Of a stretch of DNA of 64,000 nucleotides, positions 19,591 to 30,225 are shown one piece after another; the first letter of the stretch is position 1; the number at the start of each line of letters is the position of its first letter. The stretch spans positions 1 to 64,000 of the forward strand of contig AP039696.1 in the NCBI GenBank assembly GCA_051599415.1. Direction: 5' to 3'. This stretch comes from Savitreella phatthalungensis. Taxonomy: Eukaryota. The notes under the pieces were generated by a model. It made no database searches, was not told the DNA's origin, and saw only the letters and a list, made by a program, of their open reading frames with translations. The position numbers were made by a program, and so were the translations under genes.

Positions 19591-22260
19591 CTAATTTTTC
19601 TTATCGTCAAGCAGTCGGATGCCCGTGACATTCTCGATCGAGATCAATCGCGCAAGGTCGGCAAGTGTCAAGCGCTCCCGAGCGCTGTATTGTAGCGATT
19701 CTTGCTCGGCAGCTATCGATTCAGCAACGCTGACGACTTCGGCAGGGATTTGGGCCATACGAGCGACATTTAGGCCATAGGATTTATCAGCAGCTCCACG
19801 AGTCAGCAAATACAGGAAGACAATGCGTTCTCCAATCGATCTGTAGCCCATGTGCCAATTAGAAACTTTGCCGAGCAGGAGCGCCTCCATAGATGCAAGC
19901 TGGCGGTAATGGGTTACAAATAGCGTTATGCAACATGTATCTGTCACGAGATGTCTGAGCACCGCGGATGCGACAGCTAGACCGTCTTGAGTCGAGGTTC
20001 CGCGACCAAGCTCGTCCATTATTACCAGAGATCTCTCTGTTGCCGAGGACAGAATTCCTGCCGTCTCATGCAGCTCGACCATGAAGGTGGACTCGCGACC
20101 GATCCAATTGTCACTGGCTCCCATGCGACAATAGATTCCATCGAGAACGGGTAGCGTTGCACGCTCAGCCGGTATATAGCAGCCCATTTGCGCCAGCAAA
20201 CAGCAGATGGCGATTTGTCTTATCATGCTAGATTTGCCACCCATGTTCGGACCGGTGAGAAGCATACAATGCGGTCGCACGAGAAAGACATCATTAGGGA
20301 CAAATGGTGCTGAGGCAAGCTTTTCAATGACTGCATGACGAGCTTGCTTGATATCGATAGGCCCATCTGCGGTCATGCTCGGGAGAGAGTAACCAGGCTG
20401 ACTCGACACATGGGCTAAAGACAGGAGTCCATCCAACTGAGCGAGCGCTTGAGCGACAGACCTCAGTTGGTCGTACTTTTCGCATACGCGTGTGAGGAAG
20501 TCGGCGAATGCCTTGTCGCACTCCTGAGCGAGTAACTCCTTCCTTTGCGCGCGTTCAGCCAGGAGGCGTAGCACGGTCGGCGTGTGAAAGCGCGAAATCG
20601 CCTTCGTACCATTCACCTTTATCCAGTCACGCGGCGCGTGCTTTGCTTTGTCGTTCGGCAGCTCTAAGAGGTATTCGACGCCGGCAACAGTCATATATGC
20701 TAGCGATGGATACTGGAGCTCAGTCGCGAGACAGCTCAAGTGCTCATCAAGGTCGCTCTCGACAATTAAGATGCCCAACTTGTGATCGGCAATGCGATCG
20801 AGATTCGCTGACTCTTTAAACGTGTTGTAAAGGTCGTTCGCAGAGGCCGCCTCAATATTCAGCTCGGCAAGCAAGTCGCTCACCGGAGCGTGTGAAAGAC
20901 TTCCGAAGAGTTCGTCCAAATTCGCGCTGCCTAAGGCGAAGTTTTCGCCATCGAAGGCCTTGTTTACTGCGTCAAAGGCTAGCAAGGATTCCAGGGCTTC
21001 CGAACGCGAGCTTTTCTTATGCAGCATCTTGTTGAGACCGCGCTCCAGATCCGGCAAACGACGCAGCAGACGTTTCAATTTCTCGATCTGCAATAAAGGA
21101 GTCCCGTGCGCATCCACTAGAGATCGTACGGCCGCGTGTCGCGCCTCAATCTTTGAAAGGTCCACAAGAGGGGCAGCAAGCCACTGTCTTAAGAGTCGAC
21201 GACCCGCTTGTGTCACCGTGTGGTTAAGCACCCAAAAAAGCGAGCCTCTTTCCTGTCCGTCGTGGGTGTTGTGGAACAACTCAAGGGCTGTCAAACTTGT
21301 CACAGGTAGCTGCATGCTCATGCGGTCCCTGAAAGGGGTGAAGAACGGCTCAAGTCGTAGGATCTTGTCAAGACCAAATTCTGCGAGATATTTGCGAAGC
21401 GTGGCAAAGCAATCTACTAGGGCCGGCGTGAGCACTGACTCGTCCGCCGGCCCATGCTCGTGCACTAGAGAGACGTGAGTAAGTCTCCTGTCGCTGCGGG
21501 AGAGAATCTGCAACGCTGTCGTGGGAATTTCGCTGGCAGCGACAACTTCGACGACATCAATAATTGCCAACCTGCGGTCAAGCTCGCTATAGAGGCGGTC
21601 GTCCTCGAATTCGTCGTACAATATTTCACCGGTCTCAATCCGCACTGCTACCAGTGCAAACTTGCGTCCTTGACTGTATACGCAGACGATCCAGCCAGAG
21701 TGGGCACTGTCCCCCAGATATGTGCCGCGTGTGACAACCTCACTGAGCTCGCGCTCAAAAGTTTTGCTCTTATTCTCTCCCGCCGCTTTTAACGCAGCAG
21801 TCTCGGTCTGGTGCACGACTCCCACTTTGTGACCAGCCTGGACAAGACGATTGACGTGTACATCGAGCCGATGCACCGGTACGGATGCAGTAAGGAACGC
21901 TCGCGATTTGAAGCATGCGATGCCAAGCACATCAGATGCGACACGCGCGTCTTGCCCGAAGAATTGGAACTTATAGCCGACTTCAATGAGCAAGAGGATG
22001 TCGGGATGCTTTGCCTTGAGTGCAAGAACTTGTTTCTCTAGTGGGGTCAACTCCGCGCTTGCTTCCTCTACGGTCTGAGGTGCCTTATAAGCGAGCTTTT
22101 CCAAGAAACGCTTCCTGAGATGAGGATCCGGCACTGCAGCCTTCTGCACACGTGCGATCGCTTCATTTTTGCTTCCACCTTGAGAAGTGGAAGAATGTGC
22201 TGTCTTTTGCTTCTTCGCCGCTGCAGGACCAAAGAAGGACGAGATGCTGGATTGTGGCAT
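19591..22260 (-). CDS. MSH3: Mismatch repair protein Msh3
   Basis: PIP-box QSSISSFF, LTPLEKQ, EVGYKFQFFG.DA (Msh3-type), TGPNMGGKS and DELGRGTST. Confidence 0.93.
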   Translation of the reverse strand: MPQSSISSFFGPAAAKKQKTAHSSTSQGGSKNEAIARVQKAAVPDPHLRKRFLEKLAYKAPQTVEEASAELTPLEKQVLALKAKHPDILLLIEVGYKFQFFGQDARVASDVLGIACFKSRAFLTASVPVHRLDVHVNRLVQAGHKVGVVHQTETAALKAAGENKSKTFERELSEVVTRGTYLGDSAHSGWIVCVYSQGRKFALVAVRIETGEILYDEFEDDRLYSELDRRLAIIDVVEVVAASEIPTTALQILSRSDRRLTHVSLVHEHGPADESVLTPALVDCFATLRKYLAEFGLDKILRLEPFFTPFRDRMSMQLPVTSLTALELFHNTHDGQERGSLFWVLNHTVTQAGRRLLRQWLAAPLVDLSKIEARHAAVRSLVDAHGTPLLQIEKLKRLLRRLPDLERGLNKMLHKKSSRSEALESLLAFDAVNKAFDGENFALGSANLDELFGSLSHAPVSDLLAELNIEAASANDLYNTFKESANLDRIADHKLGILIVESDLDEHLSCLATELQYPSLAYMTVAGVEYLLELPNDKAKHAPRDWIKVNGTKAISRFHTPTVLRLLAERAQRKELLAQECDKAFADFLTRVCEKYDQLRSVAQALAQLDGLLSLAHVSSQPGYSLPSMTADGPIDIKQARHAVIEKLASAPFVPNDVFLVRPHCMLLTGPNMGGKSSMIRQIAICCLLAQMGCYIPAERATLPVLDGIYCRMGASDNWIGRESTFMVELHETAGILSSATERSLVIMDELGRGTSTQDGLAVASAVLRHLVTDTCCITLFVTHYRQLASMEALLLGKVSNWHMGYRSIGERIVFLYLLTRGAADKSYGLNVARMAQIPAEVVSVAESIAAEQESLQYSARERLTLADLARLISIENVTGIRLLDDKKN

Positions 22261-22328
22261 CACACTGCCTCAGGAATCATCATAATCAATCAGCTCGCTA
22301 TAGGCATTACGTGGTCTGATGTATGTTT

Positions 22329-23247
22329 TTATGGAGCCGCAGATCTTAATGCATCGTCGACAATTGTCGCCATGTCACAATCAATGCGCTGATGAGCATT
22401 GAGTAATAGCTCTCGATCAAGGTCCAGCTGCGCGAGCTTGACACTGTGCCAGGCATTGATATTTCCGCCATGCCTCGCACAGCGCTTGAGCGGAATTTCA
22501 CATCTCCTTGGAGACGCAGCTTGCTCCAGATCCTCGTTGTTCATATCGAAGCGCACATCGTACCCGCAAAGCTCCTTCTCTTTTGCAGCTTTGAGCGCGT
22601 GATTTTGAGCGAGTGCGAATGACCTAGCTTGCTCTAGCAAAAGCGCTCTGCGGTCAATGCTCTGGATCTGATCCATCAAAGATTGCTGCTTACAAGCCAG
22701 ATCCGAGACCCGCGAACGATCTGTAAGTGTAAGCTTGACGCTTTGCAAAGGTCTTCGAGTGCCAGCCAATCGAAAGTCATCTGCAGATTCTGTCGCTAGC
22801 CGACGGAGGATCGAAGCATCAACGACCGAGCGCCGTACCAAGTCCCGCATGTACGACACGCCATGATCTCGAGAGCAATACTTTGATTCCTGAGTTGTGG
22901 CTCTTCGACAGCCCGCGAGCCGGCATTTGCGTTTCCATCTCGTTTTGCCGTGTCCATCGCGTTCGCAACGAGGGCAGTAGAATTGAGCAAGCAGATGCTC
23001 ATCGGTGCGTGAAACGCGGACGCAGCTACCGTGATACCATTCTTCGCACGCGTCGCAGCCTATCATCCATCGACCCAAATCGCCTCGACGACATATGCAG
23101 TAAACATTGTTGCCGCGCTTGTCCAATTTTGAAAGCGTGCGAGCATAGTAACCTTCTAAATCAGGAAATGGCGGTACTATCTCTCCTTCGAAAGTCTCAG
23201 AAGTTCGAGTGTGCGAGCTCGCGTAAGAATAACCGTCAATTTCCAGT

Positions 23248-23281
<34 letters not shown>

Positions 23282-23453
23282 TGTCATTGCTACCGCGGTA
23301 CCCTGCAGGTTGACGAGCTTGAGCGGGATGGGGACCAGCTATTGAGAAGCTATTTTTGGCCCCGGGCGTGGTATGCCCGTTTTGAGCGACTCCAGACTCA
23401 CCATCAGGATCATACTTGGCGCGGGATCGCGCCATCGCCAAGCGTAGCGACAT
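22329..23453 (-). CDS. SPP1: COMPASS PHD-finger subunit Spp1/Cfp1
   Basis: YCICR...MIGCDACEEWYHG.C...FYCPRC PHD, then WKRKCRL..C...SKYCS.DHG. Poly-Asp encoded by (TCG)11 at 23248-23280. Confidence 0.85.
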
Positions 23454-23802
23454 GCTTTCACGCGACTCAGGAAATGCTACTCGAATGCAATGTCATGGGC
23501 AGGACCTTCTTCGACTGAGCCCTTAGAGCGTGGTCACGAAACAGCAGCTGCTCTTATTCGGCATATCTTGCAAAATGTACTCGGCATGCACGTTAAATGT
23601 TTGATTTGTCGACATAAATTTATATCTTCGAATTCAGAACGACATATGTCAGGACAGTATTTGATGTCATGTTTGCACGTGTATACAGCTGAATGAGTGT
23701 GGTGGAACTGGTACATATAGTATTATAGACCCCTACTCATGGAGCTTGTCCGCCGAAATGTGCCATGCGTGCGCAGCTTTGTACGGTGTCCTATCGGCGG
23801 CT

Positions 23803-25203
23803 TCACAATGACTGAAATACACGGCGGATCTCCCTGTATGCGCCGTGGAGATGTTCGAGCCTTGTATGCGGAGATGCTGAGACCACGCGAATGACAAATT
23901 GGCCACTGAGGATAGTGCTCGTGAGGAATAAACGTCCTTCAGTGTTGATACGCTCGTAAACGTTTTTCGTGACCACGTCGCCCGCCTTGAATCGGAAAAC
24001 TGTCAGCGCAAATCGGGGACTCGCGGCAAGCTCCATGTCGGGATCAGTCTTGATGAGCTCTGCGAAGGCCTCACCATATTCAATGTGTTGCCGAATATGC
24101 TTTTGCATGCCCTCTAGACCGTACGTGCGCAGCACGAACCAAAGCTTGAGAGATCGAAAGCGGCGCCCGAGTGGTATTCCCCAGTTACGATAGTCCGTCA
24201 CTCGACCTTGATCGCTATGCTGATTTCGTAAATATGACGGAGTAATGTCCATGGCTTGCAACAAGTACTTTCGCTCGCGCAACCACGCACACGAGCAATC
24301 GAAGTTCGTGAGTAGCCACTTGTGAGCATTGATGTCAATCGAATCGGCTTTCGTGAAATCTGCGTGATACTCGGGGCAGATCAGAGCAGCACCGGCGTAA
24401 GCAGCATCGACGTGAACCCATGCGTCGCGTTCAACCGCGACTTTGTGAACAGCGTCGAGGTCATCTACTGCACACGCATTCGTGGCACCGTACGATGAAA
24501 CGATCATGAAAACGTGTCGTCCAGCTTCTTGTAGTGCAATTGCGAGATTGTGCGAGGTTATTCGATAATCATCCTCGGCTTGGGTCTTTACCTTCACAGA
24601 TCGGAGACCTAGTAAGTTGGCCGCCTTTTGTGTTGACGAGTGCGTCTGATCCGAGAAGATGACTGTCAGAGCTGTAGCATCTGGATGATTCGATAGGTAA
24701 CGATCTCGTGCGGCAATCATGATTGTAAAAACGGCCTCGCTCGCCGTTCCGAACAGGACGCCACCGCCAGTACCCTGAGATTTGAAGTCGCCTCCCAGAC
24801 CAAGGCCGTCCGCAAGCATATCAAGCACGATGGTCTCTAGCTCGGTGACTGCGGGGCTTGCCTGCCAATTGAACGCGGCACATGTCAGCATGTTCGAATA
24901 CATGTCGCCCAACATCGCTGGGTAGGTACTGTTAGCTGGGAAATAGGCCATGAAATTCGGCGACTGCCAATGTGTAATTCCGGGCATTATATGCTGTAGC
25001 ATATCCTGCTGCAAGGCCTCGAAGGGCTCGCCCCGCTCAGGTATCTCCCTGCCAATAGCACCTTCCAAATAACCCGGCTGAACCTGTGAAATAACATGCG
25101 GCGACTCTTGGCTGACTGGTTTAGTAGCAGCCAACGCTTCGTTATATGCGATGATGTCCTCTATGACCTTATGTGCGGCTATTCTAAATGCCGCGCTATC
25201 CAT
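23803..25203 (-). CDS. Aromatic-L-amino-acid decarboxylase (group II PLP)
   Basis: PGITHWQSPNFMAYFP, SPAVTELE, HVDAAYAG, NAHKW (PLP Lys), YLRN and PLGRRFRSLKLWF. ATG 25203 matches the family N-terminus; upstream ATG at 25311. Confidence 0.93.
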   Translation of the reverse strand: MDSAAFRIAAHKVIEDIIAYNEALAATKPVSQESPHVISQVQPGYLEGAIGREIPERGEPFEALQQDMLQHIMPGITHWQSPNFMAYFPANSTYPAMLGDMYSNMLTCAAFNWQASPAVTELETIVLDMLADGLGLGGDFKSQGTGGGVLFGTASEAVFTIMIAARDRYLSNHPDATALTVIFSDQTHSSTQKAANLLGLRSVKVKTQAEDDYRITSHNLAIALQEAGRHVFMIVSSYGATNACAVDDLDAVHKVAVERDAWVHVDAAYAGAALICPEYHADFTKADSIDINAHKWLLTNFDCSCAWLRERKYLLQAMDITPSYLRNQHSDQGRVTDYRNWGIPLGRRFRSLKLWFVLRTYGLEGMQKHIRQHIEYGEAFAELIKTDPDMELAASPRFALTVFRFKAGDVVTKNVYERINTEGRLFLTSTILSGQFVIRVVSASPHTRLEHLHGAYREIRRVFQSL

Positions 25204-25667
25204 ACTTTCAAGCAGCGTTGTGGCTAGCACAAGAATGAAAGATTGGATCACTTGGACTCCACGGTCATTGTGCACATTGATGAACGATACGGCGAGCACT
25301 TCAGATGTCATGCACCGATGGGCTCAGCTGTGGCTGATGAGTAAATCGGTCCACATGCCACATGCCACGGGCCACATGCAAGAGCTCGAGCTCCCTTTTT
25401 AGTGCTCAAGAATTATCGGATTTCAGGGCAGCCCTGGCTACGATGCTTCGATTCTTTACTCGCATTTAGCCAACCAGTCGCTCGCTGAAACGGGAAAGGT
25501 TAGCCGAGTAAGAAATCTCTGATTGGTGATAGTGCATCGAATAGCGACGGCGAGCGACGAATTGCAACCAGTGACATCACATGATCAAGGAGAACAAGAA
25601 GCAGATATATAATCTTCGAGGCAATAGTTAACGACGCTGAGAGCTCATTTTACAGACCGAAGTGAGA

Positions 25668-26639
25668 ATGCTGTCAGTGCCACTCTGCTATGCAACGCCG
25701 TCTCTCGGCATGCACCAATCCCACTCGCTTGAACGCAAGCTAAGGGCGATCAGAGACGCCGGTTTTGCCGCATGCGAGATCGGAATGCCGGACCTCGAAA
25801 ACTTTGCAAAATCGTCTGGACAATCTGTAGAACAAATTGCTCCCAAGGTCGGCCTGATGTGCAAACAACTCGATCTGAAGGTGCTTGTGCTACAACCGCA
25901 TAGTCAGTTCGAAGGATATCAGGGAGCCAAACACAGAGAGAAGCTTGAGCGAGCAGAGCGCTGGATTAGGCTGTTAAGTCCACTTGGCTGTGATATGCTG
26001 CAGGTCGGAAGCAACGACGACACCGATTCGTCGGGCGATTATCGGATCATCGCAGATACACTACGGGATTTGTGTGACATCGCATCAAAGTATCATTGCA
26101 GGATTGCATACGAGCCATGGTGTTGGGGCGCGCATGTCAATACATGGCTGCATTGCTACCACGTGCTCCAGAAGGTCAATCGTAGCAATTTTGGACTCTG
26201 TTTGGACACATTTCAGCAGGCTGGCGGCGAGTGGGCTGATCCGGGCCGCGACGACGGTTTGTTGCCAAAGGGTGAATGGACCGCATCCCTTGCACAACTG
26301 GCCAAGATCGATCCAAAACATATATTCTTCCTCCAGATCAGCGACGCATACCGGGTTCACATTACCCCAAATCACCCCGATTGGACCGAGGATACTCCGG
26401 GAGCGCGCGAAATCTGGTCTCACTCTTATAGACCACTTCCTTTCGATCAGTCACGTCCGGGGTATTTGCCCGTCGTGGATTGCATCCGTGCAATTCTCGC
26501 AACTGGTTTCCATGGCTGGTTCAGCTACGAAGTCTTCTTGGATGAAATGAAAGAGGAGTCGTTCAATCTTGAGGCCTTCGCACAACTAGCCATGGAGAGC
26601 CATCGCAAAGTTGTACGCTGCATCGAGCAGAGTGGCTAG
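25668..26639 (+). CDS. Xylose-isomerase-like TIM barrel, 3-dehydroshikimate dehydratase (QutC/Qa-4)-like
   Basis: SLG...H.LE.KL, AYEPWCWG, NFGLCLDTF, FFLQISDA and WS...RPLP...GYLPV motifs. Confidence 0.7.
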   Translation: MLSVPLCYATPSLGMHQSHSLERKLRAIRDAGFAACEIGMPDLENFAKSSGQSVEQIAPKVGLMCKQLDLKVLVLQPHSQFEGYQGAKHREKLERAERWIRLLSPLGCDMLQVGSNDDTDSSGDYRIIADTLRDLCDIASKYHCRIAYEPWCWGAHVNTWLHCYHVLQKVNRSNFGLCLDTFQQAGGEWADPGRDDGLLPKGEWTASLAQLAKIDPKHIFFLQISDAYRVHITPNHPDWTEDTPGAREIWSHSYRPLPFDQSRPGYLPVVDCIRAILATGFHGWFSYEVFLDEMKEESFNLEAFAQLAMESHRKVVRCIEQSG

Positions 26640-27562
26640 GTAACAGCGGACGTGCTGCATATCCAGAAGCCAAGCTCTTTATTGCCTGAATCCTGTCGCA
26701 GGCTGATGAATGCGTTGATGTCATCAACAGCGTCAATTACGACCTCTGCAGCGTTTCGTTCGCGCGTCGCTAGTTCGCCTCCATAGCCGCAGGTGACGAT
26801 AGCGAGTGCAGATGCACCTGTGCCATCAATCGTGGGACCACGTGCACCAATCAATAAACTCGCACATCTGACAACTCCTGTCGCTGCGCTAAGAGTCAAT
26901 TGGATGTCGTGAAAGCATGGATTTTCCAGTCGCACAAGTACGCCGGTACTGGCCAGACGTTTCATCGTAATATTGGGAAGAGTATCGAGAGCACTCTGTC
27001 GCTTACGTTCGAAGAATAAGACAGTCCGACAAGCTCGACAACGCTTCCGTCTGCGAGCGCGCAGGATCGGAGGCAGTGGTGCTTTCACAACGTCATGCAG
27101 ACCCTGTGTCACCCAATCATCGCGCGCTTGGTACCTACCTTCTGAATGATGTCTTTGAAGGAGTTGTAGTGTCTCGGATCCAGCATGCTGCAAATTGTCG
27201 AGGTTACTTGCGAAGCACTCGTCCTCGGCAGCTCGCGCTTCGCGTGCTCGCCCTTCCCGAACAAAATCGCGTTGAAGACCCCCCATCTGCCAGGAGCAAT
27301 GCAAGCATTTCAGCATGTACTTCTCGTCCCGCACAATCTCTGTTTGAGATCGACACAGTGGACATCTAGCACACCCTGCAGCGCAAGTCAGTGCATCTAC
27401 TTCACTGGCCTCCCTCCGGCACGCTGAGCAGAAGATCGAGACAATCTCGTCGATAGTGCAGCTGTCGCATCTCAATGCATAGCATTCATCGCAGAAATAG
27501 AGAAGATAGCCCTCTGCTGTCGTATCTCCGCATGAGCAACGATATAATGCTTCTCTCTGCAT
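26636..27562 (-). CDS. Dynactin p62 subunit (DCTN4-like)
   Basis: YRCSC...LYFCDEC..LRC..C...EI...FC..C...C...C.RCPLC zinc cluster, and LRARRRKRCRACR motif. Confidence 0.8.
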   Translation of the reverse strand: MQREALYRCSCGDTTAEGYLLYFCDECYALRCDSCTIDEIVSIFCSACRREASEVDALTCAAGCARCPLCRSQTEIVRDEKYMLKCLHCSWQMGGLQRDFVREGRAREARAAEDECFASNLDNLQHAGSETLQLLQRHHSEGRYQARDDWVTQGLHDVVKAPLPPILRARRRKRCRACRTVLFFERKRQSALDTLPNITMKRLASTGVLVRLENPCFHDIQLTLSAATGVVRCASLLIGARGPTIDGTGASALAIVTCGYGGELATRERNAAEVVIDAVDDINAFISLRQDSGNKELGFWICSTSAVT

Positions 27563-27721
27563 GCCATTCCGTCTCAGCAGTCTTGTAGCACACGTACGTA
27601 TGTGTCGAGCATTTGCTAAATATGTTTTCAATTTTGCATTTTCCCCACCCTAGCGTTTTGATGTCATCAGGTGCGATCGACCTCTTGAGATAGTGGATCA
27701 ACTACTAGTATCGTACATGCT

Positions 27722-28597
27722 ATGTCGCGATATGCTGAGCTGGAGCGCCAGATCGATCGAGCGCTGCATGACTACGAAAGGTACAAGGGCGACGTTGCTC
27801 ATGATGTTCGACAGGCACAGGTGCCAGTGACGACAGACTACGGGCCTCGAGCCGCATCGATGCGCGTCTCAGAGCAAACGTTCTCCGGAAAGACTGGCCG
27901 AAATGCTAGTCAGGGCTCGCATACTACGCAGGACAGCAAAGCTAGTGCTGCGGGGGAGCGAAAGGTCGCTGCCGTCGATGATGGTCAAGCACGAGCACAA
28001 GCGAAGATCCCGAGCGACTCGGCCTTCGCAGCATTTGTTGTAACCGCTCAGACCTATGAATACCGCACTTTTGCAGTCGATTTGGACTTCTTACGCGATG
28101 TAGCGGGTGGTAGCAATGTCCTCAAGGCTATAAAAACACGCGACAAACTGCGGCGATCGTTATGGAAGGACTATACCGCAGACATGCAGGCGATGGCTGT
28201 CAAATTCAAGAGGACCGGCCATACTGGAGTAACTCCGGGACTTATCCCTTCAACGACACAGACTAGCTGGCATGCAGCCGAGCAATCAGCATCCCGAGCA
28301 AAGTCTGACTTACGCCGAGCGCTGGACAGTGTGTCTGCGAGCGAGCGAACGTGCGCCGAGACGCTGGCCGACGCATTGGGCCAGATGCGCAGACAAGCTT
28401 TCGAGGATATTAATCTTCGCTATGATGGCCCGTCGCCGATCGAGGACAAGGTAACGCCTGTAATCACACATAATCACCGGATAAGGGCGTTCAACGAGGT
28501 TGTCAAATTCGTCGCAGATGATCTACGGCAACACAATTCTCCTGCTGTAGGTGCGGTCGAAGCACTCGCTGTCGCCGACTATCCGCCGTACAAATAA
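27722..28597 (+). CDS. Hypothetical protein, 291 aa
   Basis: Long ATG-initiated ORF filling the gap between two genes, with gene-like composition. No motif recognised. Confidence 0.65.
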   Translation: MSRYAELERQIDRALHDYERYKGDVAHDVRQAQVPVTTDYGPRAASMRVSEQTFSGKTGRNASQGSHTTQDSKASAAGERKVAAVDDGQARAQAKIPSDSAFAAFVVTAQTYEYRTFAVDLDFLRDVAGGSNVLKAIKTRDKLRRSLWKDYTADMQAMAVKFKRTGHTGVTPGLIPSTTQTSWHAAEQSASRAKSDLRRALDSVSASERTCAETLADALGQMRRQAFEDINLRYDGPSPIEDKVTPVITHNHRIRAFNEVVKFVADDLRQHNSPAVGAVEALAVADYPPYK

Positions 28598-28638
28598 GGG
28601 GAAGACCAGTATTTCAGATCTTCCTGACACTGAAAGAG

Positions 28639-29772
28639 CTACGCATACGAGCCCGGCGCATAGGCCTTCAGCCAATCGTTATAATAGGCATATGCAATGC
28701 CCCAAGGCGGTTCGAAGCATGCCCAATAATCTTTCGGCCACCATGGTCCGGCTGCCCACCAGGATGCCCCGAGCCAAACTTCAGAATTGACCACCAAGTG
28801 CTCCATCGCGCCTTGCAGAGCCTGCTTACAGGTTGGATTGGGTCCTCCGGCGAATTCTCCGAGGAAACCTTTAAGGCTGTTCTGTTTGAGCCATACAGTG
28901 GCACCAGCAAGCCTCTCAACACCAATATTCTGTGATACGCAGGTCGCAGAAGTTCCCGAACCGTCAGAGTCAAGATATTGATGCATTTCGAAGACGATGT
29001 CGTCCAGGGGATCTTTAAGCGCAGCCATCGGCGTGTTCGTCTGATTCCAATACCATGCGCCCGACCACTGATTACCCTCGACAAAAATAGTGGATTTTGC
29101 TCCGGCACTACGAATGCCGTCGATTGCGGCCTGCACCATCATCACAACGTTCTCCTCTGTCTCGTCGTGCCACTCATTCTGAACGTCATAAAGCACTTTA
29201 ACATCAGCGGCAAAAATCCCTGCCACTTTCTTCCAGAAATGCTCGAAGGCCGTGGTGTTCGTGAAGATTGATCCTCCGAAGCGACCGAAATTATGCGGGT
29301 CGACAAGGACGTGCACGCCCATGCTGGTTATGTTGGTCACAGTCTGAACATAAAGAGCCGAATACTCCTCGTCCAAGTGTCCAGAGCCCATGTCCGTGGG
29401 AATCATGCGCTCCATCAAGAAAGGGACACGAAATAGATTGTATCCGTCCGAAACTAGCTGCGCGACTGCAGACATGTTTGGAAAGACGTAATTTGTATTG
29501 TATACGCCAGGGATGACCTCCTTGCCGAATTCTGCGCCACTCAGGTTTACGCCGATGTATCTTAGTTTCCTTGCGTGCGTTTTACTATGACTCTGAGGCG
29601 TGCTTGTTACGCTACTTGGCGTACTCAGGGTTGGCGCAACCGTGGAAAGCTGAGCGACGGTGGCGTTCACGGTCGTGGAGCCGGTCAAGTGCGATGCCAT
29701 TGAGCTGCTTGTATCACTGAAGGCATGTCCCATCATTGGCAGTCCGGCAGTAAGCACGACTGAAAAATGCAT
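28639..29772 (-). CDS. Secreted GH5 endo-beta-1,4-glucanase (GH5_5-like)
   Basis: Signal peptide, S/T-rich linker, GAEFG, FRVPFLMER, DPHNFGR, NE (acid/base), EMHQYLDSDGSGT and GEF (nucleophile). Confidence 0.92.
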   Translation of the reverse strand: MHFSVVLTAGLPMMGHAFSDTSSSMASHLTGSTTVNATVAQLSTVAPTLSTPSSVTSTPQSHSKTHARKLRYIGVNLSGAEFGKEVIPGVYNTNYVFPNMSAVAQLVSDGYNLFRVPFLMERMIPTDMGSGHLDEEYSALYVQTVTNITSMGVHVLVDPHNFGRFGGSIFTNTTAFEHFWKKVAGIFAADVKVLYDVQNEWHDETEENVVMMVQAAIDGIRSAGAKSTIFVEGNQWSGAWYWNQTNTPMAALKDPLDDIVFEMHQYLDSDGSGTSATCVSQNIGVERLAGATVWLKQNSLKGFLGEFAGGPNPTCKQALQGAMEHLVVNSEVWLGASWWAAGPWWPKDYWACFEPPWGIAYAYYNDWLKAYAPGSYA

Positions 29773-30225
29773 CGAGGACTAGTCCTTGATGTCTGTTCCA
29801 CTCATGAGAAGCAATGGCTACATTTATAAAGTTTGCTCAGCTCGTGCTGATGCGAAGGCAACATGTTTTCAATCTCCGCTGAAATGAAATTCACATCAAA
29901 CGCATTAACTGTGATTTGACGCACCGCCACGCGTCGTGGTCTGGGATACCTATCAGTCAATCCAGCTCGCACAGCCAATGTATCACCACAGTAGCGCCCG
30001 CTATGGTCGACCGTTGAATTGCTTGTCGAGTGACATCAAATCCGGTATTTACGTGATGCTTGGCTCATGGTCAACAAGTAGAGTGATCATTACACAAAAT
30101 CGCCCGACTGCTAGGAGTGGTCAGGGCAGGAGGAGGTAGAAAATCTTGTAAAGACGCATCGATTGAAAATCTAAGTATTTTGGTGAGCGTCAATCGTGAC
30201 TCAACGTCATCGAAGTTTGCGTAGT

